Shown here: one piece after another, positions 54,366 to 62,730 of the stretch
How the letters are laid out: each line of letters starts with the position of its first letter
Numbering within the stretch: position 1 is the first letter of the stretch
NCBI GenBank assembly: GCA_035649575.1
Contig: DASRJH010000167.1
Coordinates: 7,185-71,184 of the forward strand
Direction: 5' to 3'
DNA: 64,000 bases
From: Planctomycetota bacterium
GTDB lineage: Bacteria; Planctomycetota; UBA1135; UBA2386
Program-made: the position numbers and the translations under genes
The notes under the pieces: generated by a model
What the model saw: the letters and a program-made list of their open reading frames with translations, nothing else
What the model was told of the DNA's origin: nothing
The model's database searches: none

Positions 54366-54980
54366 ATGGAATCTGTCAACGACGTCAAGCAAGCTCTCTC
54401 CGCGCGTTCCCGGACCGCGACTCTCGACGAGTTGCGCAACGAGGGGCGCAAGCGCGTGCGGCTCATCCGCGCCGAGCACGTGGCATCAATGATCACCGAA
54501 GCGGTCAATGCGGCCGTGGAGCAGTCCGGCCTCGTCGACCCCGAAGAGGTCAAGAAGCTCGTCGACAAGAGCCGGCAGGAGTTCCGTTCGATCCTGCGCG
54601 AGCGCGAGCAGGAAGCCCAGGAGACCAATGAGGCCCAAGAGCAGCTCGAGGCCCGCGATCGCGAGATCGCCGAGCTGAAGAAGCGCCTCGAGCAGATGTC
54701 GGGCGGCAAGGCCGGGGCGTCGGTGCCGGTCAGTGGCGACCTCTCGGCCGTCCTCGCGAAGATCGAGGGCTCGATCAACGATCGACTCGAGAAGATCGGC
54801 AAGAAGATGGGCGTCAGTGCCGCCGTCGAGTCCGACACGCCGGTGGACTTCTCGGGCTTGTTCAAGGAAGCGGACAAGAAGCTCGAGTCCAACATGGAAA
54901 ACATCGAAGTCAAGAAGACGGAAGGCGGCGGTATCGCTGCCAACCTCGCTCGACTCAAGAAGCTCAAGGGCGGCAGCTGA
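54366..54980 (+). CDS. Coiled-coil protein of unknown function, upstream partner of the actin-like gene
   Basis: 204-aa ORF. Central charged helical stretch EREQEAQETNEAQEQLEARDREIAELKKRLEQ. I recognised no signal peptide, TM segment or HTH. Confidence 0.65.
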   Translation: MESVNDVKQALSARSRTATLDELRNEGRKRVRLIRAEHVASMITEAVNAAVEQSGLVDPEEVKKLVDKSRQEFRSILREREQEAQETNEAQEQLEARDREIAELKKRLEQMSGGKAGASVPVSGDLSAVLAKIEGSINDRLEKIGKKMGVSAAVESDTPVDFSGLFKEADKKLESNMENIEVKKTEGGGIAANLARLKKLKGGS

Positions 54981-55019
54981 CCGCTGCCGGTCCACATTGG
55001 GAAAGCAAGGCGGAGATCA

Positions 55020-56048
55020 ATGACGAAGCAAGACAAGAAGGAACACACCGAGACGCAAGTCGCCCTGGGCAAGGGCCTGGACGTGGGAACGGCCAACTTC
55101 GCTGCCGCAGTGCAGAACGAAGACGGCGGCATCACGGTGACCGTGGAGCGCAACGCGTTCCTCGACATCCCGAGCGACGTCTACAGCAAGAACATGCTGG
55201 TCAAGCTCAAGGTGCCCTATGTCGTGCACAACAACAGGCTCGTCGTCATCGGCGAAGCGGCCTTCGAGCTCGCGAACGTGTTCGGCCGTGAGACGCGCCG
55301 CCCGATGCGCGACGGCCTGATCAGTCCGAACGAGCAGGACGCGCTGCCGATGATGAAGATGATCATCACGAAGATCCTCGGCGAGCCCCGGGTGTCCGGC
55401 GAGAACTGCTACTTCTGTGTGCCAGCCCCGTCGCTCGACGTCGACAACAACGTCGACTACCACCGCGGTCTGTTCGAGAGCGTGATCAACAAGATGGGCT
55501 ACCGCGCGCACGCGGTGAACGAAGCCCACGCTGTCGTGTTCGCCGAGCTGGCCGAGCAGGATTTCACGGGCATCGGCCTCTCGTTCGGCGGCGGCATGGC
55601 CAACGCCTGCATCTGCTACAAGTCGATCCCGTGTCTCTCGTTCTCGGTGGCGCGCGGCGGCGACTGGATCGACAAGAACGTCGCGAACGTGCTCGGCTGC
55701 CCGCGCAGCAAGGCCACGCACATCAAGGAGCGCGGCATCGACATCCGCGACCCGAAGAGCCGCGAAGAGGAAGCCGTCGCGATCTACTACCGCAGCCTGA
55801 TCAACTACGTGCTGCAGAACATCAAAACGCGGTTCGAGTCGGGCCAGAACATGCCGAGCTTCACGACGCCGATCGACATCGCCTGCGCGGGCGGTACGTC
55901 GCTGGTCGGGGGCTTCATCGAGGTCTTCCGCGACGAGTTCGCGAAGATCGACTTCCCGCTGCCGGTCGGTCGCATCTTCCGCAGCGAAGAAGCCCTGACG
56001 GCCGTCGCGAAGGGCTGCCTCGTCGCCGCCGCGATCGGCGAAAGCTGA
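55020..56048 (+). CDS. Divergent MreB/MamK-like actin-fold (ASKHA) ATPase
   Basis: 342-aa ORF with motifs in MreB order: GLDVGTANF, VVIGEAAFE...RRPMRDGLIS, AVNEAHAVVFAE, GIGLSFGGGMAN, SVARGGDWID, IACAGGTSLVGGF, ALTAVAKGC. Confidence 0.8.
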   Translation: MTKQDKKEHTETQVALGKGLDVGTANFAAAVQNEDGGITVTVERNAFLDIPSDVYSKNMLVKLKVPYVVHNNRLVVIGEAAFELANVFGRETRRPMRDGLISPNEQDALPMMKMIITKILGEPRVSGENCYFCVPAPSLDVDNNVDYHRGLFESVINKMGYRAHAVNEAHAVVFAELAEQDFTGIGLSFGGGMANACICYKSIPCLSFSVARGGDWIDKNVANVLGCPRSKATHIKERGIDIRDPKSREEEAVAIYYRSLINYVLQNIKTRFESGQNMPSFTTPIDIACAGGTSLVGGFIEVFRDEFAKIDFPLPVGRIFRSEEALTAVAKGCLVAAAIGES

Positions 56049-56060
56049 TCGGCATGGCTC

Positions 56061-56087
56061 GCACCGCCGGCCATGCAACGGCGGTGC
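56061..56087. terminator. Stem-loop between convergent genes; a possible bidirectional terminator without a clear U-tract
   Basis: GCACCGCC (56061-56068) pairs perfectly with GGCGGTGC (56080-56087) around an 11-nt loop. It sits between the stop at 56048 (+) and the stop at 56089 (-). Confidence 0.4.
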
Positions 56088-56088
56088 G

Positions 56089-59058
56089 TCACAACGCGAG
56101 CGTCAGCCGGATCCAGTTCGTGAGCTTGCGTTCCTGTTGCCCGCTCGCGTCGAGCGAGAAGCCCGCGAAATAGAGCGGCAGTCCGGCCAGGAACGGCAGA
56201 GCCGGCACGTAGAGCGTCGGCTGAGCAGTGCCGGTCGCGCTCAGCACGCCCTGGAAGTCCACGAAGAACGGGCTCGTCGGATCGAGGCCGGCCTCGAGGA
56301 TGAAGCCGTAGTTGAGCGGCAGCAGATTCCCGGCCGGCAGCACGAGGCCCGGCGAGAAGCCTTCGCTGAGGCAGAGGATGTAGCGGAGCCCCGCTTCGGT
56401 CGGCAGCGACAGCGACATCGGCACAGGTTGGCCCATCGTCGCGGTCGCAGGGCCGCGCAGCGGCATGCCGTCGAGCAGGAACGACAGGCTCTGCCTCAGC
56501 AGCCGGGCGCGCGCACCCGGATCGGTGATCGTGTCGAGTGGCAGGCCGAAGCAGACGACGCGCGCCCCCGTGACGGGGTCGAGCTTCTGGATGCCCGCGG
56601 CGAGCCCGTTGCCGTAGCGCAGGCAGACGGTGCTGTTGGCAGTCGTCGCCGCGAGCACGTCCGCGTACTCGACCTGGTAGGTGCCGGACATGCCGTCGTC
56701 GAAGCTCGTGGCCGGGACTCCGGCGCTCACGGTGCCTGGGATGCCTGGCTGCAGCGCGTAGGTGTTCGCGTCGTCGGCGACGTAGGTCGTGCCGAGCACG
56801 TTGCGGTAGAAGTTGCGGTCGCTCGCCGAGCCGTTCGCGTCGAGATCCCAGCCGACCTCGGCGCCGCTCACGAGCAGGCTGCCGCCGCCGTTGAGGAAGG
56901 CCGCGACGAGGGCCTGTTCGAGGTTGCCGAAGGTCTCGTCGGCGGTGCTCTCCTCGCCGAGCGACCAGACGACGGCTTCGTAGCTCGGCAGCTGCACGCG
57001 TCCGAGCGTCACGGCTTCGTTGCTCGCCGCGTCGAAGCCCAGCGAGTAGCTCGCCTCGCGCCGCAGCGCGTCGCCGAAGTGGCGCAGGTAGTCGCGCGTG
57101 TTGTCGGGGCCTTTCACGTGGCGGTCGAGGCGGTCGAATCCCTGTACGAGCAGGACCTGTGCTTCGCCGAGGTGGTCGGTGCCCGCGGTCATCACTTCGG
57201 TCGGAAACGATCGTCCGGTCGTGTTCCAGGCGCGCACGCGGAACGAGAGCATCGTGTGGTGCGGCAGGGGGCCGGTCGACCAGTTCGTTCCGGTCACCGA
57301 AGCTACCTCGAGGAAGCCCTTGCCGTCGGCCGACTGTTCGACGGTGTAGTGGGTTGCTCCGACAGCCGGGTCCCAAGCGACGCGCAGGCCGCGCGCGCCG
57401 TCCTGCACGACACGCAGCGCGGCCGGCGGCTCGGGCGGGAACGGGGCCAGCGGCGCGAAGTAGCGCAGCACGCCTCGCGCATACGCGCGCGCGGCGAGGT
57501 AGCGGAAATCGGGGTCGTGCAGCGAGGAGTGGTCGAGCGAGCCCGGGCTGTCGTGGAACGCGAGCTCGACGAGGATGCCCGGCATCGTGGCGAGCAGGCG
57601 CAGCTCGCCGAAGTTCGCGCCGTGCTGGCCGCGGTCGACCCACGCGGGGTTCCAGAACACCTGCAGGTCGCCGACGATCTGCGTGTGCACGCTCTGGCTC
57701 AGCGCGGCCGAGCCCGGCGTCGCGCCGCCGCTGTAGACGAACGTGTCGGTGCCGCTGCCGCCGCCGGCATTCGTGTGTAGCGAGACGAACGCGTGCGCGG
57801 TGCGCCACTCGGCGAAGCGCGGGCGCGCGGTCACGTCGTCGTCGTTGTCCTGACCGGTCGAGACCGGGTTCCAGACGGTGCTCGGGGCGCCCGCGAACTG
57901 GGCCCAGTAGCGCGCGCATTCCTTCCATCGCAGCTGGTTGCTCGTGGTGCCGCCGCGCGCGATCGAACCGAGGCCGCCGCCGAGTCGCACGGTGTCGGCG
58001 ATCGCGACGCCGGGACTCGCGGACTGGTTGCTGAGCACGACGCGCGCGCCCGCGGCTGCAGAGAACCAGAAGTCGCCGAGGTGCGTCCAGGTCAGGTTGT
58101 CCTTCTGCTGGTCGACCGTCGCGGTGCCGATGCCGCCCGTGTGGTGGATGCGGTAGTTCGCGGCCGGCGTGCGGTTGGCGCTCGCGCGATAGCACGCGAA
58201 CACGGGGTAGAGCCCGTCCTCGGCGACCGGGATGGTCCAGGTCGCGGTCGCGGTCTCGGTGGCTCCCGTGCTCACGAACCGATAGCCGCCGCCGTTGTAG
58301 CCCGACGAAGCCGACGTGGTCCAACTGCCGGTCTCGCTGTACCCGGGGGCTCCGGCGTCGTTGTCGACGAGGGCGTCCTGGTCGACTTCGCCGTGCTCGC
58401 GGCAGAACACGACTTCGGCGCCGAGGTTGTGCAGGAACGGGATCAGGTACTGGTTGCAGATCTCGGCCGTGTGGATGTCTTCGATGAGGCCGTCGATGAG
58501 GCCGCGCTGCGTGGTCCAGCCGAGCGTGCTGTGCCAGTAGTAGCCGTGGCCTGGCGACACCGCGATGCGCTTGCCGCTCAGCGCCCCGAACGGGCTCGTG
58601 AACGCGAACGGCGGTGGGGGTGATGGTGCTGGCGGCTGCGCGGGTGGATGGCCGAGCAGGTCGCCGAGGTCGGGCTCGCTGCCGTCGGGTTGCCGGACCG
58701 CGATGCGCACGCTGTGCACGAAGGGGGCGAGCAACGCGGTCTTGTCGACCTGTTCGATCGCGTGCTCGAGCTGACGGCCCGCGGTCGCCGTGAGCAGCGT
58801 CGTGTCGAAGACGAGATGCAGGATGCCGCCCTGCTGCCGTGCATCGACCAGCTGCGTGCCGGGCGGCACGTGGCTCGTGTAGCCCGCGGCGAGCTCGACG
58901 GGGCTCGGGCCCAGGCACAGGTGGCGGATCGCGCTCGCGACGTCGCGGTGGCGCGGCGGAACGCTCGCGAGGTTGTGGTCGCGAAAGAACAGGACTTCCT
59001 GTGCCTCTGCGGTGGCGCACAGCGTCAGCAGGACGAGCGCGTGTGAAGCCGTGGCCAT
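56089..59058 (-). CDS. Secreted multidomain N-acetylmuramoyl-L-alanine amidase. Layout: GerMN-like N-terminus, Amidase_3 split by an inserted beta-sandwich, an FN3-like module, and further C-terminal modules.
   Basis: ORF 56089..59142 from MATASHALVLLTLCATAEAQ. Amidase halves are RIAVSPGHGYYW...IEDIHTAEI and FVSLHTNAGGGSGTDTF...ILVELAFHDSP. The insertion reads VDNDAGAPGYSETGSWTTSASSGYNGGGYRF... Confidence 0.82.
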   Translation of the reverse strand: MATASHALVLLTLCATAEAQEVLFFRDHNLASVPPRHRDVASAIRHLCLGPSPVELAAGYTSHVPPGTQLVDARQQGGILHLVFDTTLLTATAGRQLEHAIEQVDKTALLAPFVHSVRIAVRQPDGSEPDLGDLLGHPPAQPPAPSPPPPFAFTSPFGALSGKRIAVSPGHGYYWHSTLGWTTQRGLIDGLIEDIHTAEICNQYLIPFLHNLGAEVVFCREHGEVDQDALVDNDAGAPGYSETGSWTTSASSGYNGGGYRFVSTGATETATATWTIPVAEDGLYPVFACYRASANRTPAANYRIHHTGGIGTATVDQQKDNLTWTHLGDFWFSAAAGARVVLSNQSASPGVAIADTVRLGGGLGSIARGGTTSNQLRWKECARYWAQFAGAPSTVWNPVSTGQDNDDDVTARPRFAEWRTAHAFVSLHTNAGGGSGTDTFVYSGGATPGSAALSQSVHTQIVGDLQVFWNPAWVDRGQHGANFGELRLLATMPGILVELAFHDSPGSLDHSSLHDPDFRYLAARAYARGVLRYFAPLAPFPPEPPAALRVVQDGARGLRVAWDPAVGATHYTVEQSADGKGFLEVASVTGTNWSTGPLPHHTMLSFRVRAWNTTGRSFPTEVMTAGTDHLGEAQVLLVQGFDRLDRHVKGPDNTRDYLRHFGDALRREASYSLGFDAASNEAVTLGRVQLPSYEAVVWSLGEESTADETFGNLEQALVAAFLNGGGSLLVSGAEVGWDLDANGSASDRNFYRNVLGTTYVADDANTYALQPGIPGTVSAGVPATSFDDGMSGTYQVEYADVLAATTANSTVCLRYGNGLAAGIQKLDPVTGARVVCFGLPLDTITDPGARARLLRQSLSFLLDGMPLRGPATATMGQPVPMSLSLPTEAGLRYILCLSEGFSPGLVLPAGNLLPLNYGFILEAGLDPTSPFFVDFQGVLSATGTAQPTLYVPALPFLAGLPLYFAGFSLDASGQQERKLTNWIRLTLAL

Positions 59059-59163
59059 GGGCTCCGCAAGCATAGAGGACTCTGTCGCGACATGCTGCAC
59101 GCGAGGCCGCCGGGCCGGCTGCGAATCTACGCTCGATGGCAAGACCGAACTTGCGCGTTCTGG

Positions 59164-59745
59164 CTACCAGACGCCCGGGATCAGCCGCTTCGTGCGCGCC
59201 CGGTAGGCGTCGTACTCGGCACCGAACCGGTCGAACATCATCTGTTCCTCGCGCGACAACCGGCACGCGAACATGACCGTGAACGCGACGAAGCACGAGG
59301 GGCCGCTGAGCCAGTTCGGTTGCAGCAGCGCCTGCGCGATGCCGTAGAGGAAGATCGCGGTGTACATCGGATGGCGGATCCAGCGATAGACGCCGTGATC
59401 GACGATCCGGTGGCCTTCGCGCAGCTCGAGCGTCACCGACCAGTTGCGGCCCAGATCGGCGTGCGAGAGATGGAACAACCACAGCCCGGCCAGCATGCAG
59501 ACGGCGCCCACCGTGAACGCGGGGGGATGCAGTTCGTACTCGGCGAACGCGAGCAATTGCGTCATGGCCGCGACGGGCAACACCAGGAATCCGAACCCCA
59601 TGAGGAACAGCAGCAGGGTCTCGAGGCGACCGCGCCGGCTCTCGGCGACTGCGATGCGCTTGCCCTGCTTCTCGTACGGAGCGCGGATGGCAATGCACAG
59701 CACGAGGCCGAGCAGCAGTGCACCGTGACCGAACCAGGGGTTCAT
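59164..59745 (-). CDS. Isoprenylcysteine carboxyl methyltransferase (ICMT/PEMT)-family membrane methyltransferase
   Basis: C-terminal 193 codons of ORF 59164..62076: MNPWFGHGALLLGLVL...HGVYRWIRHPMYTAIFL. Confidence 0.84.
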   Translation of the reverse strand: MNPWFGHGALLLGLVLCIAIRAPYEKQGKRIAVAESRRGRLETLLLFLMGFGFLVLPVAAMTQLLAFAEYELHPPAFTVGAVCMLAGLWLFHLSHADLGRNWSVTLELREGHRIVDHGVYRWIRHPMYTAIFLYGIAQALLQPNWLSGPSCFVAFTVMFACRLSREEQMMFDRFGAEYDAYRARTKRLIPGVW

Positions 59746-60026
59746 GCCGGTCGATCGCGCTCGACGATCGCCCGCGACGCGGCGAAGACCGCGCGAAAGA
59801 TCGATTCGAGCGCCGGTGCCGGATAGCCGCCGGGCCTCGTCTGCTGCAGCACCTTCGAGAGCATGGCCGCCTCGCGCTCCGGATCCGCGCCGGGCAAGCC
59901 GCGCGCGCGCTTCCACGCGCCGATCGTCGCCACCAGCTGCGCGCGTTCCTGCAGCACGCTGAGCAGCCGCAGATTGCAGACGTCCATGGCGGCGCGCAGC
60001 TGGTCGAGTTCGTGGTCCGATGGCAT
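59742..60026 (-). CDS. Chorismate mutase, AroQ class (monofunctional)
   Basis: 94-aa ORF: LDQLRAAMDVCNLRLLSVLQERAQLVATIGAWKRARGLP...REAAML. A 4-nt overlap with the ICMT start. Confidence 0.82.
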   Translation of the reverse strand: MPSDHELDQLRAAMDVCNLRLLSVLQERAQLVATIGAWKRARGLPGADPEREAAMLSKVLQQTRPGGYPAPALESIFRAVFAASRAIVERDRPA

Positions 60027-60093
60027 CGCGATCTTCGGCCCGTGCCGCGCGTCGATTGCGGGCCCGGAGCGCCGCGGATACTACCTCCCTGCG

Positions 60094-62697
60094 ATGCGCG
60101 ATCGTCCGCACAAACCCGAGGTGCTGGCCCCGGCGGGCTCGATGCCGGCCCTGGTCGCCGCGCTGCATCGCGGCGCCGATGCCGTCTACTTCGGCTTGCA
60201 GGACGGTTTCAACGCGCGCGCTCGCGCGGCGAACTTCGCACTCGCAGAGCTGCCTGCCCTGGTCGGCCGCATCCACCGGGCCGGCGCGCGTGCCTACGTG
60301 GCGCTCAACACGCTCGTCTTCGAACCCGAGCTGCCCGCGATGGAACGTGTGCTGCGCCACCTCGCGGTCGCGGGCGTCGACGCGCTGATCGTGCAGGACC
60401 CCGCCGTTTGCCTGCTCGCGCGCGCGGTTTGCCCCGGACTCGAACTGCACGCGAGTACGCAGATGACGATCGCCGAACCGGCGGCGGCTGCGTTCGCGAA
60501 AGCGCTCGGCATCACGCGCGTCGTCGTGCCGCGCGAGCTCTCGGTCGCCGAGATCGCACAGTTCGCCGCCGGCACCGACCTCGAGCTCGAGGTCTTCGTA
60601 CACGGTGCTCTGTGCGTCTCGTGGAGCGGCCAGTGTCTCACGAGCGAGGCGTGGGGCGGCCGTTCGGCCAACCGCGGCCAGTGCGCGCAGAGCTGCCGCA
60701 TGCCATACGAACTGGTCGTCGACGGCGAGCTGCGGCCGCTCGGCGACGTCGCGTATCTGCTGAGTCCGAAAGACCTCGCGGGCGCGCGCGCCGTGCCCGA
60801 CCTGCTCGCCGTGCCCGTGCACGGCCTCAAGATCGAGGGCCGCCAGAAGGGGCCCCAATACGTCGCGACGGCGACAGGTGGTTACCGCCGCTGGGTCGAT
60901 GCGCTGGTCTCGGGAGGCGATCGCAAGGAGGCCGAGCGCCAGCTCGCGCAGGACCTGCTCGCGATGTCGCTGTCCTACTCGCGCGGTTTCACGGACGGGT
61001 TTCTGGGTGGCAGCGATCACCAGACCCTGGTCGAGGGGCGTTTTCCCAAGCACCGGGGCGTGTATGTCGGCCGCGTGACCCGGATCGCGCGCGATGCGGT
61101 GTTCGTGCGGTCCGATCCGGATCGGCGATGGACGGGCGGGCTCGCGATGGGCGCGCGGCCCGCGGAACCGGCCGGAACGTGCAGCGCGCCGCTGCAGGCC
61201 CCCGGTGAGCCGGCCCCGCTCGTGCTGCGGCCCGGCATGGGCGTCGTGTTCGATCAGGGCAATCCCGAGGACAAGAACGAGCCCGGCGGCGCCGTGTTCT
61301 TCGTCGAGACCGAGGGCGACGAACTGCGGCTCGGCTTCGGCGATCCGGGGCCCGACCTGTCGCGCGTGCGCGTGGGGGACCGCGTCTTCGCGACGAGCGA
61401 CCCGGCGCTCGCGGCGGCCGTGGCGCGCGAGCTGCGCGACGAGGAAGCCGAGCCGGAGGGGCGCAACGCGGTCGACCTGCGTGTGCAGGGGCAGCTCGGA
61501 CAGGCGTTGACCGTGCACGCGACCTGCCGCGGTTACACGGCGAAGGCAGCGACGGCCTCCGCGCTGCAGGCGGCGCGCGGTGCGGGCCTCGATACGACGC
61601 TGCTCGCCGCCAAGGTTGGAGCCTTCGGCGGCACGCCGTTCCGGCTCAGCCACCTCGACGCGGAGGATCTCGCCGCGGGTCTGCACGTACCGGCCAGCGA
61701 GCTCAAGGAGCTGCGCCGGGCGCTCGCCGCGGCGCTGCTGCCGCAGATCGAGCGCGGCCCTGTGCGCACGGTCGTTGCCGAGCCCGCGATCGCGCGCGTG
61801 CGCGCTGCGCGCGCCATGGCGCCGTTGCCGAGCACGCCTGCAGCGCTCGTGCCGCTCGTGCGCAGCGAGGAGCAGCTGCTGGCGGTGATCGCGGCAGGCT
61901 GCCGCGAGGTGGAGCTCGACTGGATGGAGTTCACCGGTCTCGGGCACGCCCTCGACCGGGCGCGGGCAGCCGGCCTCTCGGTCACGATCGCGACGACGCG
62001 GATCGGCAAGCCCGGCGAGGAAGCGCTCGTCGAGCGCATCCGGAAGCTCTCTCCCGACGGCATCCTCGTGCGCCACTTCGGGGCCTTGATGCGCTTCTTG
62101 CGGTTCCGAGCGGCCGGGGACCAGTTCGTGCTACACGGCGACTTCTCGCTGAACGCGGCGAACTCGCTGACCGCGTTGCACCTGCTCGGGCTCGGGCTGC
62201 AGACGATCACGGCGTCGTTCGACCTCGATGAGCGGCAGCTGTTCGCGATGCTCGCAAACATGCCGGCGAACCGGCTCGCCGTCGTCGGCCACCACCGCAT
62301 CCCGACGTTCCACACCGAGCACTGCGTCTACTCGCATCTGCTCAGCAACGGGCGCGACTTCCGCTCGTGTGGGCGGCCCTGCGAACGGCACCAGGTCGGC
62401 CTGCGCGATCACCTCGGCCGCGAACATCCGGTGATCGTCGATGTCGGCTGCCGCAACACGGTGTTCCACCACGCGGCGCAGCAAAGTGCGGCATGGGCCA
62501 GGAGACTGCTCTCAGCCGGCGTAGAGCGGTTCCGCGTCGAGTTCGTGCGCGAGGGGGCTTCCGAAGTGTCGAGGGTGCTCTCGGCGTGGCGCGACCTGCT
62601 GGCCGGCCGCTGTGATGCCGAACTCGTGGGCCGGCGCACGGGGGCGACGAGCCAGTTCGGCGTCGCCGAGGGCGGCATGAAGTTGCTCGCGGAGTGA
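60094..62697 (+). CDS. U32-family protein (peptidase U32 / Fe-S hydroxylase-type), tandem U32 modules
   Basis: ORF 59863..62697 from MRDRPHKPEVLAPAGS. DAVYFGL..FNAR, EVFVHGALC. The Cys motif is C-x6-C-x15-C-x3-C (CVSWSGQC...C AQSC). A second, degenerate U32-like half lies in the C-terminal third. Confidence 0.88.
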   Translation: MRDRPHKPEVLAPAGSMPALVAALHRGADAVYFGLQDGFNARARAANFALAELPALVGRIHRAGARAYVALNTLVFEPELPAMERVLRHLAVAGVDALIVQDPAVCLLARAVCPGLELHASTQMTIAEPAAAAFAKALGITRVVVPRELSVAEIAQFAAGTDLELEVFVHGALCVSWSGQCLTSEAWGGRSANRGQCAQSCRMPYELVVDGELRPLGDVAYLLSPKDLAGARAVPDLLAVPVHGLKIEGRQKGPQYVATATGGYRRWVDALVSGGDRKEAERQLAQDLLAMSLSYSRGFTDGFLGGSDHQTLVEGRFPKHRGVYVGRVTRIARDAVFVRSDPDRRWTGGLAMGARPAEPAGTCSAPLQAPGEPAPLVLRPGMGVVFDQGNPEDKNEPGGAVFFVETEGDELRLGFGDPGPDLSRVRVGDRVFATSDPALAAAVARELRDEEAEPEGRNAVDLRVQGQLGQALTVHATCRGYTAKAATASALQAARGAGLDTTLLAAKVGAFGGTPFRLSHLDAEDLAAGLHVPASELKELRRALAAALLPQIERGPVRTVVAEPAIARVRAARAMAPLPSTPAALVPLVRSEEQLLAVIAAGCREVELDWMEFTGLGHALDRARAAGLSVTIATTRIGKPGEEALVERIRKLSPDGILVRHFGALMRFLRFRAAGDQFVLHGDFSLNAANSLTALHLLGLGLQTITASFDLDERQLFAMLANMPANRLAVVGHHRIPTFHTEHCVYSHLLSNGRDFRSCGRPCERHQVGLRDHLGREHPVIVDVGCRNTVFHHAAQQSAAWARRLLSAGVERFRVEFVREGASEVSRVLSAWRDLLAGRCDAELVGRRTGATSQFGVAEGGMKLLAE

Positions 62698-62730
62698 GCC
62701 CGGGAGGACGTGCTCTGGAAGGGCAGCAAG

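Noticed and set aside
55020-56048. Lower G+C (about 58-60% in two hand-counted 60-nt samples) in the actin-like gene, considered as a sign of recent horizontal transfer
   Set aside because: ndk also looked lower in G+C by eye. The protein is rich in Lys/Asn/Ile/Phe, which forces AT-richer codons. There are no flanking mobility genes or repeats. A proper codon-usage comparison is needed.
55805-59698. 1297-aa minus-strand ORF spanning the amidase and ICMT genes and the end of the actin-like gene
   Set aside because: It is an out-of-frame overlap of the real minus-strand genes. Its content is extremely Arg/Pro/Ala-rich (for example RRRRDRRHRATRRRPR), it crosses an intergenic hairpin, and it has no protein-like features.
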